Under the pieces are notes generated by a model, which was given only the letters and a program-made list of their open reading frames with translations, searched no databases and was not told where the DNA came from. From Polyangiaceae bacterium (GTDB lineage Bacteria; Myxococcota_A; Polyangia; Polyangiales; Polyangiaceae), in contig JBGANF010000011.1 in assembly GCA_044222475.1 (NCBI GenBank), positions 42,626 to 106,625 of the forward strand: a stretch of 64,000 bases of DNA. Reading direction: 5' to 3'. Both the position numbers and the translations under genes were made by a program. Below, in pieces: positions 44,265-54,358 of the stretch. Each line of letters begins with the position of its first letter. Position 1 is the stretch's first letter.

Positions 44265-47199
44265 TCCGGGTCCCCCGCGGCTACGTCTCTCCGCAGCTGG
44301 CATCGGAGACGTCTTCACACGCGCTCTACCGTGCGCGCGCGCGCGGGTCGCGGCGAGCCGTGATGATCAAGGTACGGAAGGGCGGCTCGGAGTCGACGCG
44401 CCACGAGGCCGAAGCGCTGGCTGCGCTGCGCGGGCCGGGCGTCGTCGGGCTCGTCGAGTCGGACGGGCACGCGCTCGTGCTCGACTACGTGCGAGGGCCG
44501 ACGCTGGATGCGCGCATTCGTCGATCAGTCCTCGCCGAGGACGAGATCGGGATCCTCGCCGACGCCCTCGGTGCGATCCTCGAACGGATTCATGCGGCCG
44601 GATGGGTGTTCGGCGATCTCAAGCCGGAGAACGTGCTTCTCCGCAGGGGTCGGGTCTCGGATCCGGTGCTGATCGACTTCGAGACCGCGGTTCGCATCGG
44701 ACGGCCCTACGCGCCGAGGGTGACGACGGCGTACGCCGCGCCGGAGCGCTTGGTCGGTGCCGCCGTCGCCGATCCGCGGTCGGACCTCTTCGCGCTGGGA
44801 GCGATCCTTCACGCGGCGGCCGAGGGTGCGTCTCCGTTCGAAGGGACCTCGCGTGACGCGACGGTGCTTCGCGTCCTCGCTCTCGAGCCGCCGCGCGTTC
44901 CGCTGTCGTCGTCGTCTCTCGCCTGGAAGATCGAGGCGCTCTTGCGGAAGGAGCCGGCTCAGCGTCCCGCGTCGTATGCGGCGCTTCGGGAACACACGCC
45001 GCCCGCTCCGTCACGAAGCTCGCCCGAGCGGCCGCGTGACGAGGCGAAGGTCGCGCTCGACGGACCCCGCGCGATTCGGCTCGAGGGCGAACGCGCCGAA
45101 GAGGCGCTCCTCGCGCTCGTCGGCGATGCGGTGCTTCGGCGCACGCTCCTCGCGCACGTCGAGGGCAGCGACCAACCCTACGGATCGATCAGCGAGCATG
45201 CGCTGCGTCTCCTCGACGTGCCCGCCGGGTCGAGCTCGCGCGTCGTCTTCGGGGCGGCGCGCCGAGCGCTCGCGAGCCTCGGTGCGCGCGAGGCGAGCCG
45301 GGCGGCCCTGGTCCTCGCCGACGTCCTCGCGGGAGAGTCCGACGCGGCGGCTCGCGGTGCGATCGACGAGCTTCGCGCCGATCCCGAGTTGCTCCGATCT
45401 CGGCGCGAGGAGGCCTTCCTCGCGCTGCTGCGCGCAGCCTTGTCTCGATCTCGGAGGCGATCGCCGTCGAAGGGCCTCCCGACGCCGAGACGGTGAGGCT
45501 CCTTCGAGCATACCAAAAAGGTACGAGCGGCTCTCGGCTCATCTGCGTCTAGGGAGCGCTCGACGTCGACGCAGAGTCTGCCACGACGGGACCGGTCGAC
45601 GTACCGAGCGACGCGGCGGAGCCGGCGCTCAGGGTCGCCGCGGCGTGGGGCGAGATCTTCGACGCGTCGGAGCTCGCCGAGCTCGCCGCGATTCCAACCG
45701 CCGACGCCGAGGCGGCCGTCGTCCGAGGCGTCGCTGCCGGCGTGCTCGTCGCCGATCCTTTCGGCCGCGGGTTCCGCTTCCGCGCGCGCACGCTGCGCGC
45801 TCGCGTCGCGGGCCAGCTGAGCGCGGAGGGCGCGTCGGTGATTGCGCGCCCGATCGCATGGCTCGCGGCGCGCCGCTTCCCTCGCGCCGAGGCGCGGGTC
45901 GCGCGCGCCTTCGCCGCGGCCGGGGAGCCGCTTCGCGCGGCCTACTACGCGTGGCGCGGCGCGGCGCGCGCGCTCGACGCGTCCGACCATCGCGGGGCGG
46001 TACCGCTCGTCGCGCTCGGCGACGAGATGCTCGCCCGAGTCGGTGGGTCGGTGCGCTCGCTGCTAGGCGCGCTCCTCGACCTGGTGCGTGCCGGGGTCGA
46101 GCGGTTCAGCGGAGATCATCGCGCGGCGACCGCGGCCGCGCGTCGCGCGCTCGCGTTCCTGCCGACCGGGTCGAAGGCGTGGTGCGAGGCGCTCGGCGAG
46201 CGCGCGACGGCCGCGGGGCGGCTCGGCGACCCGGGCGAGGTGCTCGCGGTGGCGGGCGCGCTCCGCGCCGTGCCTTCGTCCGACGCGACGTTCGCGTGGG
46301 ATCGCGCCTGCTCGCGGACGGCGGTGCAACTCTTCTATCTCGGCAAGCTGCGCGCGGCGCGCTCGGTCGTCGCGCTCTTTCGAGCGCGCACCGGCGGCGA
46401 TCGCCGCCGGCGTGCGCTGTCGCCCGGCTGCCTCGTCACCGAGTCGCTGTACGGCGGCCGCATCGACGAGCACCTCGAGCTGCTCGCCGACGCCGTCCGC
46501 GTGTTCGACTCGCTCGGGGATTGGCGCTCCTCGTGTCTCTACGGATCGGCCACCGGGTTCGCCTATGGGTTGGTCGGCGAGTACGCGCGCGCCGAGAAGG
46601 TCCTCCGCGCGACGCTCCAAAAGGCCGAGCGAACGAGCGCGTCGGCCGCGCTTCGGGTGATCGCGCAGCACAACCTCGGCGAGATCCTCGCGCATCGCCG
46701 CGGTCGCCTCGCCGAGGCGATCGCGATCGAGTCGGAGGCGATCGCCGCGCTGCGCGTTCAAGGCGACAAGCGGCTGCTGCTGGGCAGCTTGGCGTATCGA
46801 GCGCGCATGTACGTCGCGGTGGGTGACCTCGACGCCGCCGAGGCCGACGTCACGGAGGCCGTGAAGGGCGGAGGCGCGTTCCCGTCGATTGCGTCGTGGC
46901 TTTTCGCTACCCTCGCGCTCGTGGTGCTCGAGCAAGGTCGGTCCGAAGAGGCGCTCGCGATCGCGAAGCGTGCCGCCGCCGCGGGCAAGGCCCGCGAGGT
47001 GTCGCCCGCGCTCCTCGCCATCGTGACGGCTCGGGCGCTCGAGGCGACCGGGAAACCGGCGCGCGCGCGCCGCGTGCTGCAGCGCGCGCTGCGAGAGATC
47101 CGCGCGTCGGCCGCGAAGATTCGTGACCGCAGGTTGCGGAAAGGGTTCCTGGAGCGGGTCCCGGATCACGCCGAGCTCGCGCGGAGGGCGCGTTGGTAG
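44261..47199 (+). pseudogene. Disrupted Ser/Thr kinase - degenerate ATPase/winged-helix - TPR gene
   Basis: Kinase motifs (GDLKPEN, DFE, YAAPE, SDLFALG) in 44261-45496. The plausible continuation shifts frame near 45450, meets TAG at 45550-45552, then runs into the TPR-like ORF 45742-47199. Confidence 0.65.
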
Positions 47200-48569
47200 T
47201 CTCGCGCCGCCGAACGCCGCGCGGCTTCGCCGGCGAGACGGCACCGCTGTCCGCGCCTCGGCCCACGGCGAGGCTCTGGGTGTCGTTCCTCGACGAGCCC
47301 GAGCGCGCCCCGGTCGTGCTCGACCGGCCCCTGACGGTCGGTCGCGACGCCGCCAGCGACGTACGCATCGACGACGAGTCCGTGTCGAGGCTGCACGTCC
47401 GCCTCGAGCCTGGAAACCCGCCGGTCGCGGTCGACTGCGAAAGCAGGAACGGTACCTTTTTGGGAAGCGATCGACTCGTTCCCAAGGAGCGATCGCTCGT
47501 GCCACCCGGCTCGGTGGTTCGCGTCGGCGGTGCCCTCCTGCTCGTCGACTGGGAGGCTCCCGCCTCGCTGCGCGATGCGGCGCCGGCTTCGGTGGGGGAT
47601 CCCTTCTTCTACGCGAAAGAGGGCCCGATGGCGGCGGTGCTGGAGATGGCCGACCGCCTCGCGGCGGACGACATCTCCGTCCTCCTCACGGGCGAGACCG
47701 GGGTCGGAAAAGAGGTGCTCGCGCGGTACCTTCACCGCCGTTCGCCCCGGAAGAAGGGTCCGTTCGTTCCGGTGCACGCCGCGGCGTTGTCGCCGTCGCT
47801 GTTCGAGAGCGAGCTCTTCGGTCACGAACGCGGAGCGTTCACCGGAGCCACGACCGAGCGCGCAGGTCTCTTCGAGCTGGCCGATGGTGGCACGCTGTTC
47901 TTCGACGAGATCGGCGAGCTCCCGCTCGACATGCAGCCGAAGCTACTCCGCGTGCTCGAGGATCGGCGCGTCGTCCGAGTCGGCGGGAGGAGCGCGCGCA
48001 CGGTGGACGTGCGGATCGTCGCCGCGACGAACCGAGACCTCGCAGCCGAGGTCGACAAGGGCACGTTCCGGTCCGACCTGTACTTCCGCCTCAGCGCGTT
48101 CCCGCTCGCCCTCCCGCCGTTGCGCGAGCGGACGCACGAGATCAAGCCGATGGCGCTCGTGCTCCTCGAGCGCGCGTGCGCCGAGCGCGGGCGCGCGGTT
48201 CCGCACCTCTCGACCGCCGCGATCGAGCGCCTTCACGCTCACTCGTGGCCGGGCAACGTGCGCGAGCTTCGCAGCGTGATGATGCGCGCGCTGTTGTTCG
48301 CCCCGAAGGGCGCGAGCGAGCTCGGTGCCGACGACATCGAGCGCGCAATCACGCCGGGTGGGGGAGCCGCCCCGCGACCGGCACCCGCCGCGTCGCCGAC
48401 CGACGCACCTGGTGACGACGAGCGCGCGAGGATCGTCCGAGCGCTCACGAAGCACGCGGGGAACCAGAGCGCCGCTGCCGAGGAGCTCGGGATTGCGCGT
48501 CGCACTTTGATCAACAAGCTCGACAAGCTGGGCATCGCGCGTCCGCGCAAGGGCAAGGGAGCCAAGTAG
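47193..48569 (+). CDS. FHA-domain sigma-54-dependent transcriptional activator
   Basis: FHA motifs (VGRD, VSRLH, SRNGT); [30 protein letters not shown] and WPGNVREL; Fis-type HTH. Confidence 0.95.
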   Translation: MVVSRRRTPRGFAGETAPLSAPRPTARLWVSFLDEPERAPVVLDRPLTVGRDAASDVRIDDESVSRLHVRLEPGNPPVAVDCESRNGTFLGSDRLVPKERSLVPPGSVVRVGGALLLVDWEAPASLRDAAPASVGDPFFYAKEGPMAAVLEMADRLAADDISVLLTGETGVGKEVLARYLHRRSPRKKGPFVPVHAAALSPSLFESELFGHERGAFTGATTERAGLFELADGGTLFFDEIGELPLDMQPKLLRVLEDRRVVRVGGRSARTVDVRIVAATNRDLAAEVDKGTFRSDLYFRLSAFPLALPPLRERTHEIKPMALVLLERACAERGRAVPHLSTAAIERLHAHSWPGNVRELRSVMMRALLFAPKGASELGADDIERAITPGGGAAPRPAPAASPTDAPGDDERARIVRALTKHAGNQSAAAEELGIARRTLINKLDKLGIARPRKGKGAK

Positions 48570-48570
48570 C

Positions 48571-49989
48571 GTGCTCTTCTCGCCGTATGCTCTCCGCGGG
48601 ACGACCCTCCCGAATCGGCTCGTCCTCCCGGCGATGGTCACTCGCCTCTCGGGGGAGGACGGTCACGTCAACGACGACATCCTCGGGCGCTACGTCCGCT
48701 TCGCCCGCGGCGGGGTCGGGCTGATCGTCGTCGAGGCGATGGCGGTTCACGGCGCGAAGAGCGGTCCGCTCCTTCGCATCAGCGACGACGCGTTCGTGCC
48801 GGGCCTCACCGAGCTCGCGAGCCGTTGCCACGCCGAGGGTCCCGGCAAGGTCGTCCCCCAGATCATCCATTTCTTGAAGGTGTCCCGCTCCGGGTGGCGG
48901 CAGACGGTGGACATGCTCAGCCGCGACGACATCGACGAGATCGTCGAGGCGTACGGGCGCGCCGCCGTTCGCGCGCGCGAGTGCGGCTTCGACGGCGTCG
49001 AGCTCCACATGGCGCACGCCTACACGCTCTCTTCGTTTCTCTCGCGGCTCAACGGACGGCGCGACGAGTACGGCGGCACCCTGGACAACCGGCTGCGTCT
49101 GCCAGTGCGGGTCGTCGCGCGGGTTCGTGCCCTCGTCGGCGCGGACTTCACCGTCGGCGTTCGGTTCCTCGGCGAAGAGTGCATTCGCAACGGCTACACC
49201 GTGCTCGACGCGGGGCCGATCGCGGTGCGCCTCGCCCACGCCGGCGTGGACTACGTCTCGCTCTCCGCGGGCGGCAAGTTCGAGGACGCCCGCGTGATCG
49301 AGGGCGAGCCGCCGTACCCGTACACCGGGTACTCCGGCGATCGCTGCATGCCCGGCGCGGCCTATCCGGACGGCGCGAACCTCTACATCCCCGAAGCGGT
49401 GCGCGCCGCGTTGCGGTCCGCCGGTCTGGAGACCCCGGTCGTCGCCGTCGGCAAGATCGCCACCCGCGCGCTCGCCGACCGGGTCGTCGCCGAGGGAAAA
49501 GGGGATCTCGTCGGGATGGCGCGAGCGCTCCTCGCCGATCCCGATCTGCCGAAGAAGTGGCGCGAGGGCCGCGAGGAGACCGTCGTTCGTTGCCTCTACG
49601 GCAACGTGTGCAAGGCACTGGACGAGAGCTTTCGCCGCGTCGACTGCACGCTCTGGCCGAAGAAGCTCGGCCACGCGCCGGAGAGCGACGATCGGATCCC
49701 GCCGGAGTGGGCCGAAGGCGGTCCAGGCCTCACCGCCGAGGTGAGCGCAGGGCGGGTGCTCTTGCGATGGCACGCCGCGACCGACAACGAGGCGGTGTAC
49801 GGCTATCAGGTGCTCCGCGCCGAAGGCGACGGCATCCTCGTCCACCACGCGAGCGTGCGCGCTGCGTCGCTTCGCTACGAAGACGCGCGTGTCGTCAGCG
49901 GGGTTCGCTACCGCTACGCCGTGCGTCCGTACGACATGGCGGGCAACCGCGGCCCGCCCTCGCCGACGCAGTCCATCATGATGAACTAG
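48571..49989 (+). CDS. NADH:flavin oxidoreductase (OYE family) with C-terminal fibronectin-III-like domain
   Basis: LPNRLVLPAM, GFDGVELHMAHAY, RDEYGG..DNRLR and DLVGMARALLADP; tail LRWHAATDN..VYGYQV...YRYAVRPYDMAGN. Confidence 0.88.
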   Translation: MLFSPYALRGTTLPNRLVLPAMVTRLSGEDGHVNDDILGRYVRFARGGVGLIVVEAMAVHGAKSGPLLRISDDAFVPGLTELASRCHAEGPGKVVPQIIHFLKVSRSGWRQTVDMLSRDDIDEIVEAYGRAAVRARECGFDGVELHMAHAYTLSSFLSRLNGRRDEYGGTLDNRLRLPVRVVARVRALVGADFTVGVRFLGEECIRNGYTVLDAGPIAVRLAHAGVDYVSLSAGGKFEDARVIEGEPPYPYTGYSGDRCMPGAAYPDGANLYIPEAVRAALRSAGLETPVVAVGKIATRALADRVVAEGKGDLVGMARALLADPDLPKKWREGREETVVRCLYGNVCKALDESFRRVDCTLWPKKLGHAPESDDRIPPEWAEGGPGLTAEVSAGRVLLRWHAATDNEAVYGYQVLRAEGDGILVHHASVRAASLRYEDARVVSGVRYRYAVRPYDMAGNRGPPSPTQSIMMN

Positions 49990-50047
49990 TACCTTCGGTA
50001 GAAGTTCCGCCAAAACTCTGCGCGACCGCGGCATGGGTCGCTGTCTC

Positions 50048-50101
50048 GACGTCGTCGTGAGCGTTGACGTTGACGTTGACGGCGACGGCGACGGCGACGG
50101 G
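50048..50101 (+). repeat. Left arm of a hexamer-built inverted repeat
   Basis: GACGTCGTCGTGAGC(GTTGAC)3(GGCGAC)3GGG; reverse complement of 50340-50387 apart from one mismatch and one extra hexamer. Confidence 0.9.
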
Positions 50102-50104
50102 ACG

Positions 50105-50302
50105 CTGGCTCATCGCGTGCCCCGTCCTGTCCGGTCGTGCGGCCAGCGCTTCCGCTGCGTCGAGAGGGATGAAGCGAGCGGCTCGCGGCAGCTGGTCAGC
50201 GAGCTTCGCGGTTCCCTTCGGTAGTAGGCCCACGAGGCGCATCGACAGGGCGCGGAACTGGTCCGATCACGTGTAGACATCGAGGCGTTGGAAACCGAGC
50301 AT
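50105..50302 (-). pseudogene. Truncated four-helix-bundle protein (23S rRNA IVP/Avd-like) pseudogene
   Basis: MLGFQRLDVYT*SDQFRALSMRLVGLLPKGTAKLADQLPRAARFIPLDAAE, with TGA at codon 12 (50267-50269). A 1-nt frameshift restores (G)AGRTTGQD. This resembles the family pattern F..LDVY...LADQL.RAA.SIPLNIAEG.GR. Confidence 0.78.
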
Positions 50303-50339
50303 GCGAGCACGTCGCTCACGGCTTTCGTCGAGTTGCTTG

Positions 50340-50396
50340 CCCGTCGCCGTCGCCGTCGCCGTCAACGTCAACGCTCACGCCGACGTCAACGTCAAC
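50340..50396 (+). repeat. Right arm of a hexamer-built inverted repeat
   Basis: CCC(GTCGCC)3(GTCAAC)2GCTCACGCCGAC(GTCAAC)2. Confidence 0.9.
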
Positions 50397-50440
50397 GCGC
50401 GATTTCGCTGGCGAGCGCGTCCATCGGCCGACACTAGCGG

Positions 50441-51412
50441 TCAGGGCTTCGGGTGCGCCGAGAGGAAGCTCCACACCGTCGCCGGGAAGGTGGCCTGGAG
50501 CGTCGGGAGGTGGGTCCCGCCTTCGATCGTCCACAGCACCGCCGCGCCGCCCGGCTTGCAACCCGTGTATTCTACAGTCTTCGTCTCGGTCCCGAGTAGG
50601 ACGGAGTCGAGATCGAGCGCCGGTCCGGGGGTGGACGACCCCGCGCAGCCGTTCTTCGCCGCCCACGTCGCGACGCTCGCGGTCGCGGATGGATACACCG
50701 AGAGGCCGGGGTTCTTCCCGCCGGCATACGCGATGACCGAGTCGAGCGTGCCGTGGATCTGGAGCACCGCGACCGGGTTCGCGGGGTTGCACTTCGACGA
50801 GTCGGCCCATACGTCACCGGCGAGCGCGGCGATCGCCGCGATGCGCGGGGCGCTGTCGCACGCGAGCCGGTGCGACATGAACGCGCCGTTGGAGTGACCG
50901 ACGAGGAAGATGCGCTTCGGGTCGACGTTGTACTTCTTCTCGACGTCGTCGATGACGGCGTTGACGTACGCGACGTCGTCGACGGGGCTGCCGTCGAAGT
51001 TGCAGCACGCGTCGGTCGCGTTCCAGAAGCGGTTGCCGGTCTTGTCGATCGTCCCGTCGGGCGTGGCGTAGAGGAACGTCTTCGCATCGGCGAGCGGAGC
51101 GAAATGAAAGTACGCCTCTTGGGTCGCGCCGCTCGCGGTGTAGCCGTGGAGCAGCACGACGAGCGGTGTCGGCTTCGACTTGTCGTACCCAGTTGGTACC
51201 TTGAGGGCGAACGGCCGGGCGGCGACGAGCCCCGACGTGTCCGGCTTGGCGTCGGGCCCGGCGTCGCCCCCGCTCGCATCGCCCGGCGTCGCGTCGGGGC
51301 CGGTGCCATCGACCGCGACCCCCGAGTCGTTCACCGGCGTGTCGGACGACGACCCGCACGCGGCGAGGAACACGCCGAGAAGACAAACGAGGAAAGGGGA
51401 GGGTCGCCGCAT
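50441..51412 (-). CDS. PHB depolymerase/LpqC-like alpha/beta esterase lipoprotein
   Basis: LAAC lipobox; PLVVLLHGY, WNATDACC, GHSNG (nucleophile), IHGTLD and GGTH. Confidence 0.88.
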   Translation of the reverse strand: MRRPSPFLVCLLGVFLAACGSSSDTPVNDSGVAVDGTGPDATPGDASGGDAGPDAKPDTSGLVAARPFALKVPTGYDKSKPTPLVVLLHGYTASGATQEAYFHFAPLADAKTFLYATPDGTIDKTGNRFWNATDACCNFDGSPVDDVAYVNAVIDDVEKKYNVDPKRIFLVGHSNGAFMSHRLACDSAPRIAAIAALAGDVWADSSKCNPANPVAVLQIHGTLDSVIAYAGGKNPGLSVYPSATASVATWAAKNGCAGSSTPGPALDLDSVLLGTETKTVEYTGCKPGGAAVLWTIEGGTHLPTLQATFPATVWSFLSAHPKP

Positions 51413-51493
51413 CGGCGCGTACATAGCGCGCTTTTCGGGCCCGCGCATGCCTCGGCGGGAAGCGTAGCGCGCGACAAGGCGTAAGATGGAGCG

Positions 51494-52894
51494 GTGTGCG
51501 CCAGTCCCAGCGGGAAGTGGCTCGTCCTCGCGGCGTGCGTTCTTGCGTCGGGTTGTGGCGCCGCGTCCGACGAGCTCTTCTGGTCCTCGCGCGACGCGAC
51601 GACCGTCGTGTCGTGGGTCTGCGTGGTCGCCAACGCGTTCTGCCTCGCCGCCGCGGCATGGACCCTCGTGCGGGGCGCGCGGTGGGTGGTCTTCGTCGCC
51701 GCTCCGATCGCCGTCCTCGCCGTCGTCGTCGCCAGCGCGGCGTTGGTGAAGGAAGGACGCCTCGCCGAGGCCGGCGATCTCACCCGCCGCGAGCTTCCGA
51801 TCGCGCTCGTGGGGATCGGTCCGTTCTTCTGGGTCTGCTTCGCGATCGTCCGTCGCTTCACCGACGCCCAACGGAAGCTCGCCGGCTTCGTGTTCGCCGC
51901 GATCGGCGTGATGCACGCGTTCGGCTTCGCCGTGCTCGCCGAGAAAGCCATCCTCCCCGCTCCGCACGGCGCGCCGATCGCGCTCCTCCCGTGCTCCGCC
52001 GAGAACGCGGCGCTCTTCGACGACGGGACGGTGTGGACGTGGAACGCCGAGCACCACGCGCCGCGAAAGGTGGAGCTCCCTCGGGCGATCGACGTGTCGT
52101 GCGGCTCCGCGCTCCTCGCGAGCGGCGAGGTGCAGACGTGGAGCCCTGGCGATCACCGAGGCCATCCGAACGGTGTGAGCGGCGTGCTGCGACTCGCGTC
52201 CGCCGACGACCGCACGTGCGGCTTGATGCGCGACGGCTCGGTCTCGTGTTGGATCCGAGGGTCGCCCGCCGAACGCATGCCCGACGTCAGCGACGCGGTC
52301 GGCCTCGCCGTCGCCGAGACCCACGCGTGCGCGGTCCGTCGCGGCGGGCTCGTGACCTGTTGGGGCGACTACGACGAGACGGCGTCGACGTCGGCGCTCA
52401 GCGGCATCGTCGAGGTCGCCGTCGGCGAGGAGTTCGGCTGCGCGCGGACCAGCACCGGCATCCTCCTCTGTTGGGGCGAGGGCGCGCTCGGTGACGGGAC
52501 GACGACGAAGACCACGACGCCGATCGGGATCCTTCCTCGGGCGGTGGCGCAGGTCGTCGCAGCCGGATCGCACGTGTGCGCGCGCATGGACGACGGCACG
52601 GTGCTCTGTTGGGGCCACAGCGAAGGGGGTCAGGTAGGGACCGGCGCGACGAAGCTCTCGCCGCCCGAGGTCGCCCTCCGACCGACCCGCGTCGAGCTCG
52701 CGCGCCCAGCGGTGTGGATCATGACGAGCTCCGGGCACGTCTGCGCGCGCAGCGATCGGACGTTCGAGTGCTGGGGATGGAACGGGATGGACGCGCTGCG
52801 CACCGGCGTCCACGAGCACTGCGACGACGACGTCGGCCTCTTCTCGACCGGTACCTGCACGCCCACACCCCACGCCGTGAGCTTCGTGGAGTAG
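51494..52894 (+). CDS. Membrane protein with RCC1-like repeats
   Basis: Several N-terminal TM helices followed by repeated H.CA...DG.V.CWG units. Confidence 0.82.
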   Translation: MCASPSGKWLVLAACVLASGCGAASDELFWSSRDATTVVSWVCVVANAFCLAAAAWTLVRGARWVVFVAAPIAVLAVVVASAALVKEGRLAEAGDLTRRELPIALVGIGPFFWVCFAIVRRFTDAQRKLAGFVFAAIGVMHAFGFAVLAEKAILPAPHGAPIALLPCSAENAALFDDGTVWTWNAEHHAPRKVELPRAIDVSCGSALLASGEVQTWSPGDHRGHPNGVSGVLRLASADDRTCGLMRDGSVSCWIRGSPAERMPDVSDAVGLAVAETHACAVRRGGLVTCWGDYDETASTSALSGIVEVAVGEEFGCARTSTGILLCWGEGALGDGTTTKTTTPIGILPRAVAQVVAAGSHVCARMDDGTVLCWGHSEGGQVGTGATKLSPPEVALRPTRVELARPAVWIMTSSGHVCARSDRTFECWGWNGMDALRTGVHEHCDDDVGLFSTGTCTPTPHAVSFVE

Positions 52895-52930
52895 AGTGCG
52901 CGTGACCATCGCCAACGAGATCGACCTTCG

Positions 52931-54352
52931 ATGCCCAAGCTCTTCGGCTTTCAGCCGCTCGCCATGCCCGGCCCACGGCCCGTGCCCTTCGTTGGCGTGC
53001 CCTACAAACTCTTTCAGTTTCTGGACGACCCGATCGCAGTGATGTTCCGCCTGCGTCCCTACGGGGACGTGGTCGGCGTCATCGCCGACAGCCCGGCGCT
53101 CGTCGCGGTCTTCGGAGCCGAGCGTACCAAAGAGGTACTCTCGAATCCGAGCGTCTTCCAGCACGACGAGACGGTCTTCACCGGGCCACCCGGATCGCAG
53201 CTCGACAAGCTGCGCTACGCCATCATTGCGGTCAACGCCGACGTCCACCGGCGCCATAGGCAGCTGATGATGCCGGCGTTCCAGCGCTCGGCGCTCGAGG
53301 GCTACGCCGAAGACATCGCAGTCGTCACGGCGTCGATCTTGGACCGGTGGCGGGTGAACGAGGAGGTCCGCGTCGACACGCTGATGCGCGAGCTCACGCT
53401 GAGCGTGGCAGTCCGATGCTTCTACGGGCTCGACGTGCTGGCCGGCGCGACGGAGCTCGGTCACCTCGCATCCGATCTCGTCGAGACCTTGACCAGCCCG
53501 TTGACGATCCTCACGCCCTTCAACCTGCCGGGGATGCCGTACCGCAAAGCCGTCAACCTGGCCGACGCGCTGCTCGGCAGGCTCGCAGAGCTGGTCGCCG
53601 AGAAGCGCGCGCAGGGGCCCGGCGCGCGGGATGCGCTCTCGATGCTCGTCCACGACTCGGATCGAGAGGGAGCGCGACTCACGGACGACGAGCTCGTGGC
53701 CGAGGCGACGACCTTGTTCATCGCCGGCCACGAGACGATCGCGATGACCCTCTCGTGGACTTTGTTCATCCTCGAGCGCCACCCCAAGGAGCTCGACCGA
53801 TTGTTGGACGAGATCGAGTCGGTACTCGGAGACCGAACGCCGGTACCGGCCGATGCTGCCCGGATGCCCGTGTTGGATCGCGTGATCAAGGAGAGCATGC
53901 GGATCGTCCCGCCGGTTCCCCTGCTGTTCATGCGTGCGTGCTCGAAGGAAGCCGGGGTGGGCAGCTACCGTCTGCCACCGAAGGCGAACGTGCTCGTCAG
54001 TCCGCTGATGGCTCACCGTGACGAACGGGTGTTCCCCGAGCCTCGACGCTTCAAGCCCGATCGGTGGATCGACTTCACGCCGCCGGCCTACACGTACCTT
54101 CCGTACGGTGGCGGGCCTCGCGTCTGCATCGGCGCGGCGTTCGCGAACCAGGCGTTGCGGATCATGCTGCCGATGATCCTACGCCGCTACCGCTTCACGC
54201 TCCGAAGCGGCGCCGACGTCTCCCGCCTCACGCGCGCCAACATCATGCACTTCAAGCATGGGTTGTGGATGGGGGTGGAGCCTCAGCATCGCCGTGATCG
54301 ACCGATCGGCCCGTGCACCGGTGACGTCGTCGATCTCGTGGACTTCGGATAG
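52931..54352 (+). CDS. Cytochrome P450
   Basis: I-helix FIAGHET, ESMR (ExxR), FKPDRW and heme motif PYGGGPRVCIG. Confidence 0.96.
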   Translation: MPKLFGFQPLAMPGPRPVPFVGVPYKLFQFLDDPIAVMFRLRPYGDVVGVIADSPALVAVFGAERTKEVLSNPSVFQHDETVFTGPPGSQLDKLRYAIIAVNADVHRRHRQLMMPAFQRSALEGYAEDIAVVTASILDRWRVNEEVRVDTLMRELTLSVAVRCFYGLDVLAGATELGHLASDLVETLTSPLTILTPFNLPGMPYRKAVNLADALLGRLAELVAEKRAQGPGARDALSMLVHDSDREGARLTDDELVAEATTLFIAGHETIAMTLSWTLFILERHPKELDRLLDEIESVLGDRTPVPADAARMPVLDRVIKESMRIVPPVPLLFMRACSKEAGVGSYRLPPKANVLVSPLMAHRDERVFPEPRRFKPDRWIDFTPPAYTYLPYGGGPRVCIGAAFANQALRIMLPMILRRYRFTLRSGADVSRLTRANIMHFKHGLWMGVEPQHRRDRPIGPCTGDVVDLVDFG

Positions 54353-54358
54353 GACACG

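Noticed and set aside
45550..45552. Pyrrolysine or programmed readthrough at the in-frame TAG
   Set aside because: A separate frameshift lies about 100 nt upstream, no pyl genes are present, and TAG is a normal stop for many genes here.
50048..50396. Diversity-generating retroelement, suggested by the Avd-like relic
   Set aside because: No reverse transcriptase and no template/variable repeat pair with adenine-specific mismatches were seen in the window.
50441..54016. 1191-aa minus-strand ORF
   Set aside because: Only the last 323 aa (the esterase) look coding; the rest is antisense to the RCC1-like and P450 genes.
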